Assembly (NCBI GenBank): GCA_024403155.1 | Contig: JAKSSH010000001.1 | Location: forward strand, 1-36,304 | DNA length: 36,304 bases | From: Clostridia bacterium | Lineage (GTDB): Bacteria > Bacillota > Clostridia > Peptostreptococcales > Anaerovoracaceae | Direction of reading: 5' to 3' | Shown: positions 1 to 7,609 of the stretch, piece by piece | Layout: each line of letters begins with the position of its first letter | Numbering within the stretch: the stretch's first letter is position 1 | Translations under genes and position numbers: made by a program | Notes under the pieces: model-generated | Databases searched by the model: none | Seen by the model: the letters and a program-made list of their open reading frames with translations, nothing else | What the model was told of the DNA's origin: nothing

Positions 1-1165
1 TAGACTGTGCCGCAAAAACAATATTAGCTAATGTATCATAATCCGGCGTGAGATGTTCTTTATCCAAATCAAACACAATAAAATCAGCTTTCTTACCCTC
101 AGCAATTACTCCGCAGTCTTCTCTTCCCTGAGCCTTTGCACCGTTAACAGTTGCAAACTTCAGATAATCTGCAATTGAAATTGCATTTGGATCATGGCTG
201 AAACCCCTTGCTACCATAGCGCCAAGATGTACTTCTTCCATCATGTTAAGGTTGTTGTTGGATGAAGCACCATCAGTTCCAATGGAAATGTTAAGGCCTT
301 TATTGAAATAATCCTTAAGAGGAGCAATTCCGCTGCCAAGCTTCAGGTTTGATGAAATATTATGTGACATGAAAGCGCCGTTAGCTTTCAGAATCTCCAC
401 ATCTTCATCCTCAAGCCATACGCAGTGAGCTGCAATAAACGGATTTTTGAATGCTCCCAGGCTATCAAAATACTGTACAGGAGTAAGCCCTCCACGTCTC
501 TTCTTAGCTTCCTGGTGCTCAAACTCTGTCTCAGATACATGCACATGCATTATGAGATTGTTCTCTAATGCAAAACCAATAGCTTCCTGATTAGATTTGT
601 CCTGGGTTGTATACTCAGCATGAACTGAAGCATCTGCCTTTATTCTTCCATCCGGATGATCCTTAATCCATTCAAGAAGTTCTGTGGTATCCTTATATGA
701 ACCATCATCAAAATATGAATGGTCCGGATCAAAGGTTACAATGCCGTTACATAAATTTGCCTTCATACCGGCCTCATACAATGCAGTTCCGTAATCCACA
801 AGATTAAAATACATGTCCGAAATTGAAACGCAGCCGGATTTCACAAGTTCCAGAGCACCAAGTTTAGCTCCCCAGTACTTGTATTCAGCACTGAATTTCG
901 CCTCAAATGGATAAATTCTTTCATTAAGCCATCTCTGAAGAGGCAGACCCTCCCCGTATCCTCTGAGAAGTGTCATAGGAACATGGCAGTGGGTATTAAA
1001 AAACGCCGGCATCAGAAATTTGCCACGCCCATCATAAACCTCTCCAAAATCACCTTCAGGCTCAGTCTCGCCTATGTAGCTTATTACTTCACCTTCTGTT
1101 GCCAGATACATATTTTCTTTAACCTCAAAGTTTTCATCAAGCAGTTTAATATTTCTAAATAACAT
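1..1165 (-). CDS. Amidohydrolase, MTA/SAH deaminase (MtaD)-like; 3' end runs off the window
   Basis: Not in the ORF track; translated by hand from ATG at 1165: MLFRNIKLLDENFEVKEN...FLMPAFFNTHCHVPMTLLRGYGEGLPLQRWLNERIYPFE (HxH metal motif), later HVHVSET, AHCVW and GTDGASSNN motifs. SD-like GAGGGAG upstream. Confidence 0.85.
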   Translation of the reverse strand, partial: MLFRNIKLLDENFEVKENMYLATEGEVISYIGETEPEGDFGEVYDGRGKFLMPAFFNTHCHVPMTLLRGYGEGLPLQRWLNERIYPFEAKFSAEYKYWGAKLGALELVKSGCVSISDMYFNLVDYGTALYEAGMKANLCNGIVTFDPDHSYFDDGSYKDTTELLEWIKDHPDGRIKADASVHAEYTTQDKSNQEAIGFALENNLIMHVHVSETEFEHQEAKKRRGGLTPVQYFDSLGAFKNPFIAAHCVWLEDEDVEILKANGAFMSHNISSNLKLGSGIAPLKDYFNKGLNISIGTDGASSNNNLNMMEEVHLGAMVARGFSHDPNAISIADYLKFATVNGAKAQGREDCGVIAEGKKADFIVFDLDKEHLTPDYDTLANIVFAAQS

Positions 1166-1244
1166 GTTATGTCTCCCTCTTAATTTATTATATTTTATTT
1201 TATCAAAACATACCTGATAATCAAAGTATTTCGGTGAAAACACA

Positions 1245-1877
1245 TTACACCGTAATATAATCCTTGAGTTTCTCAAATGTTTTATCTCCAATACCTGAAA
1301 CGTTTTTTAGATCATCAATTGTTTTGAACCTTCCTGAGGATGTTCTGTAATCTATTATCTTCTGTGCTGTGGCAGGTCCCACACCATTAAGAGTCTGTAA
1401 AGCTGTAGAATCAGCAGTATTAATATTAACCTTGCCGCCTACTAATGTAGTTGTCCCTGCAACATCCACAACTGAATCTCCCTCAATCCTAGCAGGAATA
1501 AAAATCTTCTCTCCATCCTCAAGAAATTCAGCCCTGTTTATGCTTGTTAAATCTGCATCCTCAGTAAGACCTCCCGCAGCCTGAATAGCATCCTCCACTC
1601 TGCTGCCTTCCGATAATTCCGCAAGCATAGGGTTAACAACTTCGCCCCCAATATCCACATATATTTTAGCAAGTTTAACCTCATCTGCGCTTATAGTCTT
1701 TGCATTAGCCTCCTTCGTAACAGGATTAACATCCTTATCCCCGGTAACCATAAAAACCACAAACACACCTAAAGCAAGAGCCGCAATAATACCAATCTTC
1801 TTCACATAATCCCAGTTATCAATCAGCAGCCTCTTAAGCTTCGGATTGGAATCAAACAAACTCAAAAATCTCTCCAT
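1245..1877 (-). CDS. comEA: ComEA-family DNA-binding/uptake protein (TM helix, SLBB domain, HhH domain)
   Basis: N-terminal TM segment, VDIGGEV...RVEDAIQAAGG...DGEKIFIP, and C-terminal KVNINTA...LNGVGPATAQKIIDYR...VSGIGDKT helix-hairpin-helix motifs; SD AAGGAG. Confidence 0.92.
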   Translation of the reverse strand: MERFLSLFDSNPKLKRLLIDNWDYVKKIGIIAALALGVFVVFMVTGDKDVNPVTKEANAKTISADEVKLAKIYVDIGGEVVNPMLAELSEGSRVEDAIQAAGGLTEDADLTSINRAEFLEDGEKIFIPARIEGDSVVDVAGTTTLVGGKVNINTADSTALQTLNGVGPATAQKIIDYRTSSGRFKTIDDLKNVSGIGDKTFEKLKDYITV

Positions 1878-1919
1878 ATCACAATACTCCTTTCAATAAA
1901 ACAGGCTTATTCCCCCAAT

Positions 1920-1954
1920 AAAAAAACCAGTACTGAAATTATATCAATACTGGT
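1920..1954 (-). terminator. Intrinsic terminator of the obgE-radical SAM operon
   Basis: Minus-strand stem ACCAGTATTGA/TCAGTACTGGT (one G.U pair), 7-nt loop, followed by a U run, just after the stop codon at 1967. Confidence 0.75.
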
Positions 1955-1966
1955 ATTTATTGTCAA
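1938..1966 (-). promoter_or_regulatory. Sigma-A promoter for comEA
   Basis: Perfect TTGACA (1966-1961), 17-bp spacer, TATAAT (1943-1938). Confidence 0.8.
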
Positions 1967-2641
1967 TTATCCCTTGAATTGTAATTTAATTCTGCTTACT
2001 TCCGTTTCCGCCCTGTCACATTCAATACCGAATGTTTCAATTACTGTATCTATAAGCAGTTCCGGGCTAAGATTGGAATCGCTGCCGGCATCAAGAACCG
2101 CATTTATCACCAGTACATCCCCCTTAGGATTAAAGGTGATTTCACGGATTTTAGGCTTAATGTCCACCAGCACCAGATCCTTCTTTTTCTTCTGCTTTTT
2201 CAGGGCCATAATAGTCTCCTGGCCCATGTAGGCTTTCCATAGCTCTCGTGCATTCTCTTGCAAAGGCAGCCCCAGCCTGATTCTGATTTCATACTCTGCA
2301 GCCTCCGTCATGGACGCCAGAGTCTTCTTCATCTCAGGAGCCTCTTTAATTGAAACAAGTGTAATCCCTTCAGGCATTATTGCTCTTAGAGCCTCAAGAA
2401 TAGCTTCAGGTCCCTTATCCTGATAATCTGCAGCTGTCTCGAATTCTATATACTCATCGTAGCCCTTATATCCAAGGGATAGGGGCTGGGCAAATCCCAT
2501 CTTAGGATGAGGATTAAAGCCCTGAGAATAAGCCAACTTTATGCCTGCTCTCTTGAAAGAGCGCTTAAAAATCTTCAGTATATCTAGGTGTGAAGTATAG
2601 CAAATCACTCCTGTCTTTTTAAAACATATAATATATTTCAT
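1967..2641 (-). CDS. TIGR03936/DUF2344 radical SAM-associated protein
   Basis: YTSHLD...FKRAGIKLAYSQGFNPHPKMGFAQPLSLG and VDIKPKI signatures; adjacent to its usual radical SAM partner. Confidence 0.88.
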   Translation of the reverse strand: MKYIICFKKTGVICYTSHLDILKIFKRSFKRAGIKLAYSQGFNPHPKMGFAQPLSLGYKGYDEYIEFETAADYQDKGPEAILEALRAIMPEGITLVSIKEAPEMKKTLASMTEAAEYEIRIRLGLPLQENARELWKAYMGQETIMALKKQKKKKDLVLVDIKPKIREITFNPKGDVLVINAVLDAGSDSNLSPELLIDTVIETFGIECDRAETEVSRIKLQFKG

Positions 2642-2648
2642 TTTTTAT

Positions 2649-4523
2649 CTATTTGCAGTTAACGAAGCAGTTAGTATATTTATTCACGCCGCAGCCTGTG
2701 CAGCCTTCCCTGCAGTCAGGGGTAGTTTCACATTTCAGAGCCTTATTACGTTCTGATACGAAATAGGATTTTTCCACAAATGGGTTAAACATATCCCAAG
2801 GAAGGATCTCTTCCCGGGATCTTTCTCTGTAGTTGTAGAAATGTTCCATCTCTGAACCTGATGAGAATCCAAGCTCTGCCGCACAGTTTTCAAAGGCCTG
2901 AGCCCACAGTTCAGGTTTGAAATGTTCCGTCCAGCCGTCAAAGACGCATCCGGATTTCCATGCTTCTTCAAGAACTCTTCCGCATCTTCTGTCTCCCCTT
3001 GCGAAAACAGCTTCCAGGTTGCTGGTTGCAGTTTCGTGATAATTAAAGGTTACACCCTTAATCCGCAGCTTTGTGGACAGATAATTATGCTTTTCAACGA
3101 ATTCTTCAGCAGTATTCTGAGGTTCCCACTGGAATGGAGTATGAGGTTTCGGCACGAAATTGGACACGCTTACAGTTACTCTGAAGCGACCACCCTTCCT
3201 GCCTCTAACATCATAGTTAATATCCATTATCTTTCTGGCAATATCAGCTATTCCGTCAAGATCATCATAAGTCTCTGTAGGAAGACCAATCATAAAATAC
3301 AGCTTAATATGTTCCCATCCAAGCTCCACAGCCTGTCTGGTTGCACTGAAGATATCCTCTTCAGTAATGTTTTTGTTAATTACATCTCTTAGTCTCTGAG
3401 TTCCCGCTTCCGGAGCAAATGTAAGTCCGGACTTGCGATAGCCCTGAATCTCATCAAGGACCTTAAATGAGAAAGAATCCAACCTCAATGAAGGCAGAGA
3501 TAAAGAAACATTTCTGCCTTTGCATAAGCCCATAAGACCTGTAGCCATAGGTTCAAACTGCGAATGGTCGCTTGTTGACAGAGACAGCAGCGAAAGTTCC
3601 TCATGTCCCGTATTGTCTAGCTGCTCCATGGCCAGTTTTTCAATAGTTTCAGGAGTTCTCTCTCTTACTGGTCTGTAAATCATTCCCGCCTGACAGAATC
3701 TGCATCCTCTTGTACATCCACGGAAAGTTTCAACCACCGCTCTGTCATGAACCACATCAATAAATGGTACCAGATTCTTAACCGGAAATTCCGTTTTCTC
3801 AATATCCTTAACAATTGCCCTGGTTACAGTTTCAGGTGCACTGTCATTTATTCTGTTCACCTTGCTTATTTCATGGTTTTCACCGTATTCAATTTCGTAG
3901 AATTCCGGAATATAAACTCCATCAATAAGAGCAAGTTTCTCAAGAAGTGAAGTTCTATCCAAACAGTCTGCTTTTGCATCTGCGAAGGCTATACAAACTT
4001 TCTCAAGAGTTTCTTCTCCATCGCCAATAAGAAATGCGTCTGCAAAATCAGCCAGAGGCTCCGGATTAAATGCGCAAGGTCCTCCTGCAATAATCAGGGG
4101 ATAATTCCCACTGATTCTGTCATCCCTTCTTACAGGAATTCCGCCCAGGTCCATCATGTTCAGAATATTTGTATAGGACATCTCATACTGCAGAGTAAAT
4201 CCCAGAATATCCAGCTTATCTACAGGTGTGAAAGTTTCAAGAGTGTAGAGCTTTCTACCCTTCGCCCTCATTATCTCTTCCATATCGGAAGCCGGCGCAA
4301 ACACTCTCTCGCAATAGATTTTTTCGTTTTTATTCAGAATGTTATACAGAATCTGCATACCCATGTAGGACATTCCGATTTCATAGGTGTCAGGAAAAGC
4401 AAATCCAATACGAACAGAAACATCGTCAGGATTCTTCCTGACCATGTTTACTTCTCCACCTATATAACGCGCAGGTTTCTCAACTCTGCGCAGTATTGTT
4501 TCAAGATCTTTGTCTATAGCCAT
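2649..4523 (-). CDS. TIGR03960-family B12-binding radical SAM protein
   Basis: VEKPARYIGGE N-terminus, FPDTYEIGMS, RGCTRGCRFC (CxxxCxxC), LTFAPEAG, C-terminal TPDCREGCTGCG. Confidence 0.9.
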   Translation of the reverse strand: MAIDKDLETILRRVEKPARYIGGEVNMVRKNPDDVSVRIGFAFPDTYEIGMSYMGMQILYNILNKNEKIYCERVFAPASDMEEIMRAKGRKLYTLETFTPVDKLDILGFTLQYEMSYTNILNMMDLGGIPVRRDDRISGNYPLIIAGGPCAFNPEPLADFADAFLIGDGEETLEKVCIAFADAKADCLDRTSLLEKLALIDGVYIPEFYEIEYGENHEISKVNRINDSAPETVTRAIVKDIEKTEFPVKNLVPFIDVVHDRAVVETFRGCTRGCRFCQAGMIYRPVRERTPETIEKLAMEQLDNTGHEELSLLSLSTSDHSQFEPMATGLMGLCKGRNVSLSLPSLRLDSFSFKVLDEIQGYRKSGLTFAPEAGTQRLRDVINKNITEEDIFSATRQAVELGWEHIKLYFMIGLPTETYDDLDGIADIARKIMDINYDVRGRKGGRFRVTVSVSNFVPKPHTPFQWEPQNTAEEFVEKHNYLSTKLRIKGVTFNYHETATSNLEAVFARGDRRCGRVLEEAWKSGCVFDGWTEHFKPELWAQAFENCAAELGFSSGSEMEHFYNYRERSREEILPWDMFNPFVEKSYFVSERNKALKCETTPDCREGCTGCGVNKYTNCFVNCK

Positions 4524-5204
4524 TTATTCAGCCTTTTCTACGTTATCGTAGTCTATATCCGCCATAAGTTCATCAATCGTCATACCGATTTTTTCCTCAA
4601 TGGCATCCAGCAGTTTTCTTGTTTCTTTCTTCTTTTTTAAAATTGCAGCTCTGGCATTTGGATTGCCATGCCTTTCAGCCTTCTTGATAATATAATCCAT
4701 TCTCTCATCAAGGCCTGCATAGTGATCTTCCAGGGTAAGTCTGTCACCAAGGCTAACAAGATCTGCTTCAGTAAGATGATTGGCATCATTGGTATACTGA
4801 TACATCATGTGAGCCCGGATAATCTGCTCTTCCTCATAAAGTGTCTTCTCATGGCACCAGTCCGCACATACATCCCAGTGTCTGTCCTCAACTCTGGCCA
4901 TGTCATGAAGAAGACCGCTGGCAAGCAAAAGTTCCAGGTCGAAATTTCTCCAGCCAAGACCATGCTTGTCCCTTGAGTGATCCTGCTCATAATAGAACCG
5001 TCCTGCACCTCTTCTATAAGTGGTAATTCGTATATCCTTAAATGCTGCTGCTCTTGTTCCTCCAGCTTCGTTTAAAGCTTTTCCAAGCATGTATGCTACT
5101 GCAGCAACGGATTTACAATGTCCCACAACGTGCTTTGGTGTTCCGTATTCAGTTAAATACTCAAGACATTTCTGTCTGTTCGGATGAACTGAACCACTAC
5201 TCAT
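4524..5204 (-). CDS. HD-domain metal-dependent phosphohydrolase
   Basis: H...HD...H...H...D pattern: VVGHC, GLLHDMAR, RHW, IIRAHM, LGDR. Confidence 0.8.
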   Translation of the reverse strand: MSSGSVHPNRQKCLEYLTEYGTPKHVVGHCKSVAAVAYMLGKALNEAGGTRAAAFKDIRITTYRRGAGRFYYEQDHSRDKHGLGWRNFDLELLLASGLLHDMARVEDRHWDVCADWCHEKTLYEEEQIIRAHMMYQYTNDANHLTEADLVSLGDRLTLEDHYAGLDERMDYIIKKAERHGNPNARAAILKKKKETRKLLDAIEEKIGMTIDELMADIDYDNVEKAE

Positions 5205-6558
5205 AGTCTTCTAAATCGTCCTCATCTTCATAGTAACTGTATTCATCTTCGTAATATTCGAATTCCATATCAAACAGTTTAATTGTATCCCCGTCTTCAA
5301 GGCCAATCTCCTTAAGGACTTCATAAACTCCACTGTTTTCAATGTATTTAAACAGATATCTTCTTGAACCGAAATCATTGAAGTTTGTTGAATTAAAAAT
5401 CTTCTCAAGCTGCTTACCGTAAATACAATATGCTTTGCCGTCAAATTCTCCAAATACTTTTTTGTAATCCGGATCATAATCATCTGCTTCGAAATCGAAA
5501 TATTCGTATTCGCTTTCTTCCTCCTGGAAGTTTTCCTCAACCTCCTGCAGTTTCCTGTAGGCTTCTTCAATTACTTCCTTAACACCGATTCCTCCCGGTG
5601 CTGACATAGGAAATACCTTATAGCCCTTTGCCTCAACATATTCCTTAAACTGAATATATTCATCGCAGATTTCCAGATCCTCAGGATCAGCACTGCAGCC
5701 CAGCACATCAATCTTGTTGGCCACAACAATCTGAGGCTTTTTCATAAGCTTTTCACTGTACTGGGAAAGTTCAGCATTTATCTTATCAAAGTCATCCTTA
5801 GGATCTCTGCCTTCACATCCTGAAACGTCCACAACATGAATCAGCACCTTTGTTCTTTCTATATGCTTAAGGAAATAATGTCCCAGTCCTGCGCCCTCGT
5901 GCGCGCCTTCAATAATGCCTGCAATGTCAGCCATAACAAAGCTTGTATCATAAATCTGCACAACACCAAGATTAGGATCAATTGTTGTGAAATGATAATT
6001 AGCTATCTTGGGTCTGGCACTTGTGGCCATGGAAAGAAGTGAGGATTTTCCCACATTTGGAAATCCAACAAGACCCACATCGGCAATTAATTTCATTTCA
6101 AGAATGATATTTCTTTCCTTTGCGAAACCACCGGCTTCTGCGAAATTAGGAGCCTGCCTGGTAGGAGTGGCAAACTTCATGTTTCCTTTGCCGCCTCTTC
6201 CACCTTTAGCCGCAACAAAAGACTGTCCATGTTCTGTCATGTCCATCATCAGCTTGCCGGATTCCTCATCAATAACCATGGTACCAACAGGAACCTTAAT
6301 AATTAGGTCTTCTCCGTTTTTACCATAGCGTTTTTTCTTCATTCCATCCTGACCGTTTTCAGCTTCATATTTTCTCTTGTATCTGAAATCCATAAGAGTT
6401 CTCAGGTTCTCATCTGCAAGGAATACAACGTTTCCGCCGTTTCCACCATCACCGCCATCAGGACCTCCTTCAGGAACGAAGGCCTCCCGTCTGAAGGTAA
6501 CTGCTCCGTTACCTCCCTTTCCTGATTTAATTGTAATTTTCGCTCTATCTACAAACAT
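5197..6558 (-). CDS. obgE: GTPase ObgE/CgtA
   Basis: MFVDRAKI, glycine-rich Obg domain (GGPDGGDGGNGG), GFPNVGKS, HFTT, DIAG and NKID G-motifs, C-terminal OCT-like domain. Confidence 0.97.
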   Translation of the reverse strand: MFVDRAKITIKSGKGGNGAVTFRREAFVPEGGPDGGDGGNGGNVVFLADENLRTLMDFRYKRKYEAENGQDGMKKKRYGKNGEDLIIKVPVGTMVIDEESGKLMMDMTEHGQSFVAAKGGRGGKGNMKFATPTRQAPNFAEAGGFAKERNIILEMKLIADVGLVGFPNVGKSSLLSMATSARPKIANYHFTTIDPNLGVVQIYDTSFVMADIAGIIEGAHEGAGLGHYFLKHIERTKVLIHVVDVSGCEGRDPKDDFDKINAELSQYSEKLMKKPQIVVANKIDVLGCSADPEDLEICDEYIQFKEYVEAKGYKVFPMSAPGGIGVKEVIEEAYRKLQEVEENFQEEESEYEYFDFEADDYDPDYKKVFGEFDGKAYCIYGKQLEKIFNSTNFNDFGSRRYLFKYIENSGVYEVLKEIGLEDGDTIKLFDMEFEYYEDEYSYYEDEDDLEDYE

Positions 6559-6564
6559 AGTAAT

Positions 6565-6593
6565 ATTATAAAAAATAATTCTACAAAAAACAA
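6565..6593 (-). promoter_or_regulatory. Sigma-A promoter for obgE, probably giving a leaderless mRNA
   Basis: TTGTTT (6593-6588), 17 bp, TATAAT (6570-6565), then 6 nt to the ATG; no SD. Confidence 0.65.
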
Positions 6594-6615
6594 AGGCCCC
6601 TAAAACATAGGGGCC
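6585..6615 (-). terminator. Intrinsic terminator after rpmA
   Basis: GGCCCCTA/TAGGGGCC stem followed by TTTGTTTTTT on the minus strand. Confidence 0.85.
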
Positions 6616-6624
6616 GGGACTCGC

Positions 6625-6885
6625 TTACGCTTCCTTAGGATATACACTTACCTGCTTTCTCTTCTTGTCGAATCTTTCGAACTTTACAGCTCCGTCAACC
6701 TTTGCAAATAATGTGTCATCTCCACCTTTTCCAACATTGTTACCAGGGTGGAACTTTGTTCCTCTCTGTCTAACCAGGATGCTGCCAGCGCTTACGAACT
6801 GACCATCACCTGTCTTAACGCCTAAACGTTTGGACTCGGAATCACGACCGTTCTTCGAGCTACCTACACCTTTCTTACTTGCCAT
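6625..6885 (-). CDS. rpmA: 50S ribosomal protein L27, without N-terminal pro-peptide
   Basis: [24 protein letters not shown]...ILVRQRGT...GGDDTLFA; SD AAGGAGGT directly upstream. Confidence 0.98.
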   Translation of the reverse strand: MASKKGVGSSKNGRDSESKRLGVKTGDGQFVSAGSILVRQRGTKFHPGNNVGKGGDDTLFAKVDGAVKFERFDKKRKQVSVYPKEA

Positions 6886-6935
6886 GGAATACCTCCTTGT
6901 ATAATCAATCTAAACTCTAATTTCTAAATTACGGC

Positions 6936-7451
6936 TTATTTTGCAGCGTTGATTGCTTCAAGAATAACAGCCTTTGTTGCCTTAGCATCGATTTCAATGC
7001 CGTTCTTTTCAGCATATTCAACCAGTTCAGCCTTCAGCATCTTTTCCAGCGGCTTTTCTTCAGCTGCTGCTTCAGCCTTAGGTGCTTCTTCTACAGGAGC
7101 TTCAGCCTTAGGAGCTTCTACCTTCTTAGGAGCTGCCTTTTCGCCACCAATAGCTGTGATTTCAACCAGTGTGTATGGCTGTCTGTGACCCTGCTTCTTT
7201 CTGTAATCCTTCTTAGCTTTGTACTTGAATATGATTACCTTGTCACCCTTGCCGGTTTCAACTGCCTTGCCTTCAACAGTAAGTCCTTCAAGGTATGGAG
7301 TTCCAACCTTGATGTCAGAACCTTCGCCTGCGGCGAGGACCTTTTCAAATACTACAGCGGCGCCATCTTCTACGTTCAGCTTTTCCACTTTGATCTGGTC
7401 GCCGTTCTGTACTCTGTACTGTTTTCCGCCTGTTTCAATAATTGCGTACAT
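6936..7451 (-). CDS. rplU: 50S ribosomal protein L21 with C-terminal extension
   Basis: MYAIIETGGKQYRV...KKQGHRQPYT core of about 101 aa plus 70 extra residues. Confidence 0.97.
   Translation of the reverse strand: MYAIIETGGKQYRVQNGDQIKVEKLNVEDGAAVVFEKVLAAGEGSDIKVGTPYLEGLTVEGKAVETGKGDKVIIFKYKAKKDYRKKQGHRQPYTLVEITAIGGEKAAPKKVEAPKAEAPVEEAPKAEAAAEEKPLEKMLKAELVEYAEKNGIEIDAKATKAVILEAINAAK
7059..7118 (-). repeat. Imperfect 30-bp tandem duplication in the L21 linker (EAPKAEAPVE / EAPKAEAAAE)
   Basis: ttcagccttagg occurs at 7071 and 7101, 30 bp apart. Confidence 0.7.
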
Positions 7452-7465
7452 TAAATTCTTTCCTC

Positions 7466-7541
7466 CTCTAACCAGTCTCGCCTACCGGGGCAGTCTGCAT
7501 TATGCAAACGTTTAAATGGCCCTGTTCGAGCGGCTCATACT
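7466..7541 (-). ncRNA. L21 ribosomal protein leader (cis-regulatory RNA)
   Basis: 5' UTR of rplU reads GTATGAGCCGCTCG...TAGGCGAGACTGG before the SD with an internal GGGC/GCCC stem, resembling the Firmicute L21_leader; boundaries approximate. Confidence 0.7.
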
Positions 7542-7546
7542 CGACT

Positions 7547-7575
7547 ATAATACTATAAAAAAATCCCCTTGTAAA
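7547..7575 (-). promoter_or_regulatory. Sigma-A promoter for rplU-rpmA
   Basis: TTTACA (7575-7570), 17 bp, TATTAT (7552-7547). Confidence 0.65.
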
Positions 7576-7585
7576 GAGGATTTTT
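7557..7585 (-). terminator. Intrinsic terminator after recA
   Basis: AAAAATCCTCTT-TAC-AAGGGGATTTTTTT hairpin with U tract on the minus strand. Confidence 0.8.
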
Positions 7586-7609
7586 CAATGGTTTGAAGGT
7601 TTTTTGATA

